From positions 327,627-391,626 of the forward strand of contig NIVC01000989.1 of the NCBI GenBank assembly GCA_002269645.1: a stretch of DNA of 64,000 nt, given 5' to 3'. Under the pieces are notes generated by a model. That model was not told the origin of the DNA and did no database searches. It was given only the letters and a program-made list of their open reading frames with translations. Source of the stretch: Macrostomum lignano (taxonomy: Eukaryota). The position numbers were made by a program, and so were the translations under genes. Positions 1 to 10,257 of the stretch are shown piece after piece. Position 1 is the stretch's first letter, and every line of letters starts with the position of its first letter.

Positions 1-205
1 TTAGGGAATTCCCTCAGATTAGTTAGGGAATTCCCTCGGATTATTTAAGGAATTCCCTCAGATTAGTTAGGGAATTCCCTCAGATTAGTTAGGGAATTCC
101 CTCGGATTATTTAGGGAATTCCCTCAGATTAGTTAGGGAATTCCCTCAGATTAGTTAGGGAATTCCCTCGGATTATTTAGAGAATTCCCTCGGATTAGTT
201 AGGGA
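1..205. repeat. 22-bp tandem repeat (TTAGGGAATTCCCTCAGATTAG), ~9 copies, runs off the window start
   Basis: Directly visible repeat. Each unit contains the perfect 12-bp palindrome AGGGAATTCCCT. Confidence 0.95.
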
Positions 206-225
206 AGAATATTATCAAAATTAAG

Positions 226-434
226 AATCAAGTTCTGCTCCACCTGCAGCCACCGCAACCGCCGGCCTGAACTCGATGGTAATTGAAAGCAATTCCAACG
301 ACAGTTTAAGCGAAGAAGCTGCAACAAGTTCTGCAACAGCAGCTGCGCCATCTGGCAACAGACAGCTGCAATTAGTTAGCAGCTCCTCAGCTGTCAGTGC
401 CATGGGGAAACAGCAGCAGCAGCAGGCTTCCCAG
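226..434 (+). CDS. Probable coding exon, low-complexity S/A/Q-rich; likely an upstream NF1 exon
   Basis: AG at 224-225, open frame SSSAPPAATATAGLNSMVIESN...KQQQQQASQ, GT at 435. The phase-0 end fits the phase-0 NF1 exon at 10258. No sequence motif proves the identity. Confidence 0.5.
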
Positions 435-3148
435 GTAGAGTGCAGAAATCAAATTTGATAAAAAAGCTGCGTTACATTTTTTAATTAATTGCGTCAATTG
501 AACTTTGTGAATTTGTTTATCAGAAACAGCTGTTTGCTGTAATAACACTTTCTGTGCAGGGGACAGAGTGACTGTAATTAGAGAGACGGAGTGACAATAA
601 AAGTGACGGGGTGATATTACGAGTGACACTCGGAGTGACTGAGTAACAATCTAAATAAAATAATGATATACTCTGTGTGTCGGCTATAGTTTGGTGAGTC
701 CCATGGGAAATCGCAACCCATTTCAAGATATATAGTATTATTTCAGTTTAAAAGCAGTATAGTGTGACGATTTATTTGGCAGGCTCAAAATGCTTAACGA
801 GACAACACGGCAGAGGCACAATTTGTAGCGGTAGCACTTGATGATAGTACAACTGATGCGGGCAATGGCCGCAGTCTTGTTTATTGTAACAATATAAGAG
901 GATAGTTAAGCTTGCTATTATCAGCTCTGCCTGAGCGGCCAACAGAGATAGGGCTGAGTAATTGCTGAATCCGGAAGGAATGCACTGGCGGTTGCACAAC
1001 AATAAGATAGATAAATTCTGGTAGGCGAAAGAACAAGTCGAGGAGCCTGAGGCAATGGTAACGGCGTGATGACAGTGAACGTGTGGTGGCGGTGCTCGCA
1101 GCGAGAGCTCGAACAGACAGTAGAGTGGCGTGACTGAGGCTTGGCAGAGGCGTGGTTTAGAACCGTGGCGGAGCGAGGCGGAGAGAAGGCAAGCAAACAC
1201 GGAGTGCCGGGGTGGCAAGAGTCTAAGGAGGCTAAGACTGGCTAACGAGTAAACAAGCACGGAGCAAGAGGCCAGAGAAAGGGGGAAGCGAGAAGGCAGG
1301 GGAGCAGGAGGGCAGGCGGCCCCGAGCGCCCCAGCCAGACAGGACTGATAAAGAGCGGGCTCGGGGTGGGTGCGCGCGGAGAACTTAATTTCAGTCTAAC
1401 ATAATTTATGCGCGGCTTTTCTATTCGCCGGCGAGAACAGAAATTATCGATCGCCTACTGTACTGAGGCTAACAAACGTACGCAAGTTATTTAAAATTCT
1501 TTGGCCAATACTTTAAGCAGAAGTGAGAGTACGGGACCATTAAATTGACAATATTACAGATTGGTACCGTATGTTAAAACGGCCCTAATTGACGGGGCTA
1601 CTAAAATTGACAACGTCACAAGTAGTACCATAATTAGACAAAAAACTACAAATTCGTTATTTTGGACAAAAATCTGGAACAAACACTTCAAAGTTTATCA
1701 CCTTTTAACCTAACTGTCCGTTAAAAGAAAATATGTTATAATAGATGAATTCCTATTTTATTTCAATTTTTCCTTCCTAATTGTTTAAATTACATTGACA
1801 AAAAAAACTATTTTTAGTTATAATAATGCGCACAATTTTCATAGCTTTCTAATCTTACTATAAACTAACTTTGTTCCCGTAAATTGATGGAATATAATCC
1901 ATTTAAATTTTCATTGCTTGTACTTTAAGCAGTGCTTCTAGCGGAGAAAAATTTTCAAAGAGTAGAAATAGCTAGCCAAAATAAACCCACTGAATATACA
2001 CATGTAGATGGCTAAATAAATTTCTACTTGGTAGTTTTTCGGTATAGACTTCATAAAAACGCTTAAGAGCTTTAATAATAGCTGACTATATGCTTACTAT
2101 ACTATAGTCACGTATGTGTTTTTCCTGAGATAGCTAGCATTCTTCAAACTAGACATTGCATTTCTACGATATTAGTTTACTGATGACAGAATCTTCCTAC
2201 TTATAACTATACATTCATATACTTACTGTTTTTGCTTTTATAATAAATGGTCATTGAAAAACTATGATACATGCATGTACGCTCGCCAGCACCAGATTTT
2301 GGTGCGCAACTAAGTTAAATTACGGATGCGCGGGTTAGTCGATCGCTAGACCAAAGGCCTGTCTCCTTCTCAAAGCCCATCTGTCTGATTGTCTCAGCTC
2401 AAATCGTCTTTCTCGTCTCGATATCTGGTCCTTCTCCATCCAGTTTGATTTATATACCTTGATATAAAATTCTTACTAACTCTACTAGCCAGTTTGATTT
2501 ACGAGTAATCGTGCAGTACCAGGTAGCTATTGATTAATCAATTTCGTTTGACCAAACCCTGCTTATTAGCCCAAATGATCATTTTTTGTTAATAAACTTT
2601 TTGCTATATTTAAACGATAACTTAGATTAACGAGTAGTGGCATAGTGTAATTATCTATATTATCCACGTTATATAACTAAATATTGCACGCAAATTTATT
2701 TAATTAGTATAATAAATGTACTATAGTTAAATTATTAGTCCAGTGCTTGCAGCATCAGAGCGATTTTATAAAATTAAGCAGCTAATATACGCGATCAAAA
2801 TTTTATCGCAGATACATGTATACTCGTAGTCTATGAATTTTTTTTGGCATCAATCAATTTCATAGTCTATGTTTGAAGTCTATATAGTACTGCGTGCCTG
2901 TTCTGTCTTTGTCTTGTTTTTCTTCTTCGCAGCTATTGCTCACTTTCTTCCTTTAGCTATAGAAATTTGCTTGCAGGCATTTCAGCTTTCTACGTCCTTG
3001 CTTGTCTTACTTGCCGATTTTTTTAGCCAAATTTCAAGGCTATATTTTTATAGATTCAAGAACAGAATATTAGCTAATCAATATTTAATTAAAATAGTTT
3101 TTATAATAAACAAAAGCTATCGATCTAAAAGAAGCCAATAGCGCCGCC

Positions 3149-6100
3149 ATGGACTCAGTCGAAGCTACAGTCGAGCAGCCCAAACGTCACGATGCCGAGT
3201 TTGTTGCAGCCGCTTGCGACTTTCTTGGACCGCTTAGTGGAGACGATACAACTGCGGGTAATTAACTCCTAGTTGAAATAAAATTAATAAAAGTATAAAA
3301 AGGCATACAATATTGCCTTATTTATTGCCCTTAGCAGCTGTGGTATTAATTCAAAGATAACCACCATCCCGTTTTTTTGCCCATCCCTAGCCACGCTGAT
3401 GGTTCAAAGATAACCACCACCCCGTTTTATTGCCCATCCCCAACCACGCTGATGGTTCAAAGATAACCACCACCCCGTTTTATTGCCCATCCCTAACCAC
3501 GCTGATGGTTCAAAGATAACCACCACCCCGTTTTATTGCCCATCCCCAACCACGCTGATGGTTCAAAGATAACCACCACCCCGTTTTATTGCCCATCCCT
3601 AACCACGCTGATGGTTCAAAGATAAAAGACCACCCCGTTTTATTGCCCATCCCCAACCATGCTGATGGTTCAAAGATAACCACCACCCCGTTTTATTGCC
3701 ATTCCCTAGCCTCGCTGATAGTTTAAAGATAACCACCACCCCCTTTTTTGCCCATCCCCAGCCACGCTGATGGTTCAAAGATAACCACCACCCCGTTTTA
3801 TTGCCCTTCCCTTTGTGGTTCAAAGATAACCACCACCGGCCGTTTTATTGCCATTCCCTAGCCACGCTGATGCTTCAAAGATAACCACCAACCGCTTTTA
3901 TTGCGCTTACCTATCCGTGCTAAAGAATGAAAGATAACCACACTAATTTATTTCCCTTCCCCAGCCGCGCTTTGAAAGAATCAAAGACAACCAGCCATTT
4001 CATTTTTTGCCTCTTCGCATTCACCAATGAATCAAAGATAAGCAACTCTTTTCTTCCCCTTCCCTGGGCCGATGATTCCTGTCCCCAATTCATTTCCTTG
4101 ATTTGGACTTTTGGTTGAAAGATCGTGTAAGAGATCTAGTTATTTGTTAAACCTATTTAACTCTTCTTGAAAAAACAGATAACCCCGTAAAGGAGGCGGG
4201 CGCCACAGCTGCAAAGAAGGCCCCGCCGTGCATAGAATCTTCATCATCCGACGAAAATGACAATGAGGACAACAACCAAGGAAACGACGATGCCGCTAAC
4301 GACCAGGACGATGAAGATGACGAAGACGATGCCGACGATATGGCCGAGTTTCAACCGAAGCCGCAGCCCAATTTAAGCAAATCCGAATCCAAAATGCCAG
4401 ACTTTTTCGACCAACTCGAATCGGAATGGGTTGGCTCGTTCAATGAGCGAATGTCTGTGCCTTACAAGGACTACGACTCAAGTAGTGCGCTGGGCAAAAT
4501 CAATTGGGACCATTATGCTCTGGTGGAGAATGACGAAAGCATTCGAAAGGGTAGGTTCGATTGTCATCTTGATTCGCGGCAGTGCTTAAGCCCTTTCTGT
4601 ACAAACTTAATCGACATCGCTCTTACCTGTCCTCTCGTTTCCCAGGACACCACGCCATCTGTCCGCTAATTCGAAATCGTAAAACTGGCCAGTTGTATCG
4701 CTGCAAAATTGTCAGCTGTAGTCGAATCCATTTCAATTTGACAACGCTCGGCTTCAAGGAGCAAGAGTACGACGAGGAGATTCGTAGCTACCTATTGGAA
4801 CGGCAATTCTTATTCGCATTCGATCATCCGTTTGTGCGCAACGGTCTCGGCTTTTTTACCGATAACAATTTCAACTTTGGCGTACTGATGGAAGACTTTC
4901 CGCACGGCACTCTATTGGACTATTATGAGAAGCTCGAGTCTGGAAAGATTGTCTGCCAATTCAAGGTGCGTTTTTGGGGCTGATTGTTTTAGAGCAGGGC
5001 TCGGCAAACTCCGGCCCAATCCGGTACAAATTAGGTTTGTGCCTCCTCTCTGCTCTCTTCTCTCTCCTCTCATCTCATCTCCTCTTTCCTCTTCCATTAT
5101 CTCTTTTCTAGCCTCTGCCCTTCTGTCTCTATTCCCTCTTTATTCCTCTCTTATCTAGCCGGCCCTCAAGGTAAAACAAGTTTTCCGACTCCCCCTAGTT
5201 TAGGTGTACATCGATTGGGGTGTAAATATCCAAGTAGCCAAATTTATAGGTTTAACCTAGTCATGCAGATTTGGCGGTAGGTCCGTATCAAAAAGACAAA
5301 AATCTCCAGATATAAGTGGGGTCAATCTATCTAGATCAAAAGGGTCAACCTACTTCCAGATCTGAGGGTCAATCTATCTCCAGATATAAGGGGGGGGTCA
5401 ATCTCTCTCCAGATCTAAGGGAGGTCAACCTATCTCCAGATCTAGGGGGTCAATCTATCTATATCAAAAGGGTCAATCTATTTCCAGATCTGAGGGTCAA
5501 TCTATCTCCAGATATAAGGGGGGGTCAATCTCTCTCCAGATCTAAGGGAGGTCAACCTATCTCCAGATCTAGGGGGTCAATCTATCTATATCAAAAGGGT
5601 CAATCTATTTCCAGATCTGAGGGTCAATCTATCTCCAGATATAAGGGGGGGTCAATCTCTCTCCAGATCTAAGGGAGGTCAACCTATCTCCAGATCTAGG
5701 GGGGTCAATCTATCTATATCAAAAGGGTCAATCTATTTCCAGATCTGAGGGTCAATCTATCTCCAGATATAAGGGGGGGTCAATCTCTCTCCAGATCTAA
5801 GGGAGGTCAACCTATCTCCAGATCTAGGGGGGTCAATCTATCTATATCAAAAGGGTCAATCTATTTCCAGATCTGAGGGTCAATCTATCTCCAGATATAA
5901 GGGGGGTCAATCTCTCTCCAGATCTAAGGGAGGTCAACCTATCTCCAGATCTAGGGAGGGTCAATCTATCTCAAGATCTAAATGGGGGGTCAATCTATCT
6001 CCAGATCAAAAAGGGGGGGGTCATCTATCTACAGATTGAGTGGGGTCAATATATCTTGATACAGAGGTCGAGCTTCATAAATAGAGGGTCAAGCCATATC

Positions 6101-8660
6101 GATATTGAGGTAAAGCTATATCCATAGAGGTATCAAGCGTGAGCAAGCAAGCAAAATCAGCAAGCAAATGCAACGATTTCCCAACAGGAAGAAGAGGTCC
6201 GCATGATTGCTGCTCAGATAATCCTAGCGCTTGAGTATCTGCACAGCGTAGGCTGTGTGCACCGCGACATTCAAGCCAGCAATATTCTAGTCGACGCACG
6301 CGGCTACATTAAACTGACAGATTTTGCCATCACAACCACATTGAAACCGGGCGATAAACTGTTCTCCGTCACCTGCTTTCGTTACTACGCTGCTCCCGAG
6401 TACTTTAGCGACAAAGGTGAAGCTTTATTCTTTATCGAAATGCCCTACTTTTAGATGTTTAAATAAGTTCAAGCCTAACGGCTTCTGAGTTGATATACAT
6501 CGTAGAAATTCAAATTGACGCCAAAATCACGCGCTCTCTGCTAGGCTACGGCTATCCCGTTGATTTCTACGCATTCGGCCTGATGCTCTACGAATTATTG
6601 ACGCGAGAGTGCTTCTCCGATCAAGAGGACATTTTCGACTGCGACGGCTCCGTTGACTGGGGCATCCTGCCTGAAGAGTTGGCCGCCCTGCTACGCGAGA
6701 GAAAACTAGCCGAAAAAGGTGAGACAGCTCTTCGGCTAGTAGTGGGGCTTTACGAGCCTAATGTACATTATACGAGGGGTGTCCAAAAAGTAGTGATACT
6801 TTTAACCGTAGCTCTCATTCTATACCTTCCTGTGATTTAAAATTTTATGAACTGATAGCGGAAAATCTCTTCTACAGACTGCTTTTTAAATTTTTAAAAT
6901 TGATACTAGAGAACAAAAGTTATACTCACGAAAGTAACAGCACCAGCACCATAGAGTTACACAAATTATATCGAAATTTATAATAGTCGACTTCTGCACT
7001 CATTCATTAAGAAGGCATCGATAAATGTCTTGTTTAAGCAATACCAAACCCCAATTGCAAAATGATGCTCACTGTGACTGACTGAAATTTGTCTATGGAC
7101 GGGATCAGGCGCAGAAAAATAAAGCATTAAATAAAGCAAACAGAGGAGCTTGCATTTTGCGATTTGTTCATGATTTCATTGCCCATACTCGACAACACAC
7201 ATGAATGTGCACTCAGTTGTTGCTCAGCAAAGTGCCATCTTCGCTCTTTGGGGCGCTGGCCATGGTGCCTCAGCAATTCACGCAAAACTTTGCTCTGCGC
7301 ACGGATCCTCTGCGGTCAGCAAAATGACAGTTTATCGATGGATGGAGCAGTTCAGCGAGGGAAGGACTGACTTGGCAGATCAGCATTGGACGGGGTGGCC
7401 ATACGTTCATCGACCTGATGTACTGGCGGACTCCATTCTGGATCTTCTTGACGAGGACTCCCGAATGACCATTAGAGAGATCGCTGACAGGTTGGACAAG
7501 ACAAAATCAACAATTCATCGAAGCTTCCTCGGCATGGATCTCGTGAAGCTCAGCCTATAATTTGTGTAACTCTATGGTACAGGTACTGCTACTTTCGTGG
7601 GTATAACTTTTGTTCTCTGGTATCAATTTTAAAAATTTAAAAAGCAGTCTGTAGAAGAGATTTTCCGCTATCAGTTCATACAATTTTAAATCACAGGAAG
7701 GTATAGAATAAGAGCTACAGTTAAAAGTATCACTACTTTTTGGACACCCCTGTATTTACACACAGAACCAGAAGTTCATTGTACGACCTTGGCACTCTGC
7801 AACCTCCACTTATTGTTTTCACAGCTTTATTTCCTAATAATTTTCTATCCCCAAATCCTATCAACTCTGCCTGAATGTACATACGGAAGCTCCACTGTAC
7901 GAAAGTTAGTCAATCTACCCCAATGATGCACACAGTTTTTTATTATTTCAATTCAATATGTACATGCACTTTAAGTTACCCATTGTACATATACTTTCAC
8001 CTAAATACGATAGCAATTAGTTTTAATCATTTTTCCATTTTCTTCCCGTGTACAGTTGCGCATATCATCACGTGACCGTTTTATTCCCACAATAATGATC
8101 TATTAACTCATCCGTATCTTTTAGTTTGCGTGAAATAGAGTGTAGAAAATCGGCCATAAAATTTTGTAATTACATGAGAACTGTGGAAAATACACATATA
8201 CAAAGTAATTGTTTCGAAATAGAACTAAACATTTGTAAATCCTACGGGGGCCAATTAGCTCGTCCTAAAGCACTAAACAGTTTTCTCTCCCTCATCGTTC
8301 TTGACAGCGGCTGCTACAATGCAAGGCTCCGCAGCGGTTGCAGTCGACGATAAGGCTAGCAACGACAGCCAGTTGCTGCCAGAAGATCACGCTGTCCCAT
8401 CGGAACCAGCTCGCAATTTTGTTGACGACTGTCTAATTTACGAGCCGGAATTCCGGCCGGATAGAAACTGCGCCAGATTCTACGATTGGTTCGACGGCAT
8501 CGACTTTGAGAAGCTCTATTGCAAAACGCTAGACCTGCCCTGGCAACCAACCAAGATAGTTTCCTATCAGGCTAAACCAGACGAGGAATATCCGCTCAGC
8601 CTGATTCTGGACGACAAACCGGTGCCTCCGGAGCTGCAGCCGTTCACGCATCTGTTCTGA
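3149..8660 (+). CDS. Divergent AGC-family (PKA-C/PRKX-like) Ser/Thr kinase. Exons 3149-3257, 4179-4550, 4646-4965, 6188-6416, 6545-6718, 8308-8660
   Basis: GCCGCCATGG start. All introns are GT-AG with matching phases. Motifs: LYRCK (beta3 Lys), LLERQ (alphaC Glu), AAQIILALEYLH, HRDIQASN, DFA, YAAPE, DFYAFG, and an AGC-type tail WFDGIDFEKLY...PWQP...FTHLF*. Acidic N-terminal extension. Confidence 0.88.
3348..3960. repeat. ~53-bp minisatellite, ~11 copies, in kinase intron 1
   Basis: Unit GGTTCAAAGATAACCACCACCCCGTTTTATTGCCCATCCCCAACCACGCTGAT is directly repeated. Confidence 0.95.
4995..5197 (+). mobile_element. hAT-like MITE with internal CT-rich tract (family copy 1)
   Basis: Ends CAGGGCTCGGCAAACT...AGTTTTCCGACTCCCCCTA. 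Degenerate 8-bp flanks TTTTAGAG/GTTTAGGT. Termini related to 19515-19836 and 49551-50241. Confidence 0.7.
5300..6050. repeat. 23-25-bp monomer satellite (GGGTCAATCTATCTCCAGATCT-like) organised as a ~121-bp five-monomer higher-order repeat, in kinase intron 3
   Basis: The same order of monomer variants recurs about every 121 bp between ~5340 and 5950. Confidence 0.92.
6773..7752 (+). mobile_element. Internally deleted mariner element: ~200-bp TIRs, TA flanks, HTH-only transposase ORF 7201-7560
   Basis: TA-CGAGGGGTGTCCAAAAAGTAGTGATAC...GTATCACTACTTTTTGGACACCCCTG-TA. 6773-~6970 is the reverse complement of ~7557-7752. The ORF has the mariner N-terminal pattern (IHAKLCSAHG..AVSKMTVYRWMEQF.EGR, DSRMTIREIADRL) and no DD34D domain. 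Confidence 0.92.
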
Positions 8661-10257
8661 TAGCGCTATAGCCCACTACGGCCCGAGCATAGCTGAAAAA
8701 TCATCGTTATAAGCTATATTTGCAAAAATAGCATAAACTACGTTAGCAAAGAACTAAATTTAGCTAGGACAAATTCATTTATCTAACTTATTTCTCTCTG
8801 CCTACTCAACCTGTATTGTTTTAATTTTTAAAAACTAAAAGCATTAGCTAAACAATAACGCATACTCAGAAGTTTTCTTTGCCGCGATGCTGCAAGCATT
8901 TTAGGACAAAAAATCGAATTTTCAGTTTCCTTTCAAAATGCAGGGAATTTTTTGTTGAAATAGAACAAGAATTAATAAAAATAATTACAGGTAATTATAG
9001 GTCGTAGGAAAACTATCAACATTTTTTTTGTTTTCATCTCCTTCCTTTTAGTTGAAGCTTAATTGTATATGCTGCACTAAACCTACAATTTCGTAATGGT
9101 TCCTTACTAAAAATCTTACTAACAGGAAAGAGTTTATGTATTAAAAATGGATATGCTAATCTAGTGTCGCACCGCACAGTAGCTAGCTGCATATCTAAAA
9201 AACTCAACTGGATCAATTGCTTGCTGTCAGTAGCTGTAGGTTCCTTACTATACTAAAAGACGCAGTAAGATTTGTTTGAGAATAACTTTTCTCAACGAAA
9301 AAAAGCTTTTTTTGACAGCAAAGTTCTGAAGGTATAGTTTTGACAAGGACTACTGCTACAGTACGAGTAACCGGACAAGTTTGCAGCTTTCCTGTGTGCA
9401 CCCTAAAAAGTTATGGTCTGGATATATTTGTGGTGGCTGGATAACTACTGCAAGTAACAATGCCATTCAGCTTCATCATCGTCCCCTTAGAATAAAAAAT
9501 AAACAAAAAAATTTTGTGTTCTCCAATTTGTGTCGCCTATTTTACGCTTTACGGAAACCTGCAGTACTTAAATAGTAGTGTGTTTGCTTATGGATGGAAA
9601 ACAATATTCACACCTGGTTGTATTTGAATTTGAATTTAAGTTAAAGAACTTGCTTGATTCGGTACAATCACTTTTGTGTCCCTATATGCTTACGTTTGGT
9701 GTCTGTATATTCCTAAGAGCTATTCTGCAAGTCAATTCAATACGATAAAGTTTTAATAAAGCTGTCGATAGTTGCATATTAGTTCGAAAAAATGATGTAG
9801 CTAAATACGTGGAGGTATAATTAAATAGGCATGAACAGTTAAAAAACATTAAAAAATTTTTAATTGTTAAAATTGTAAAAATTGTTAAAATTTTTAACCG
9901 CTTTTATTAGTATGAATTGGCTGGCATAATGGACTATTTGCTGAAAGCGTGTGGCCCAGTAGCATGCTAATATATATTAATTTACGAGTAGAGAGGTGAA
10001 GTGGAGAAAATTTTAATTATAGATGTTCTCACATTTTTTCGTTATACCATTATTGACCTATTGGCCAACAAGCATCAGCTGAATAATTGTAGCAAAACCT
10101 TTGTTGGCCAAAGCCTGATTTTTGAAAACCGCACGCTATATGGAATGGATCTATTAATGTTATAATTATTAGTAAATGAGCCGACTCAATCTCCAGGTCT
10201 GTCTTATCTCCTATCACCGCTCTCGCTCTCGCTCTCTTTTTCACCGCCGACGCCCAG

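Noticed and set aside
1-205. Telomere or interstitial telomeric repeat
   Set aside because: TTAGGG occurs once per 22-bp unit, not as (TTAGGG)n.
772-1400. 162-aa minus-strand ORF and GA-rich block
   Set aside because: No recognisable domain or splice support. Probably an unclassified repeat remnant.
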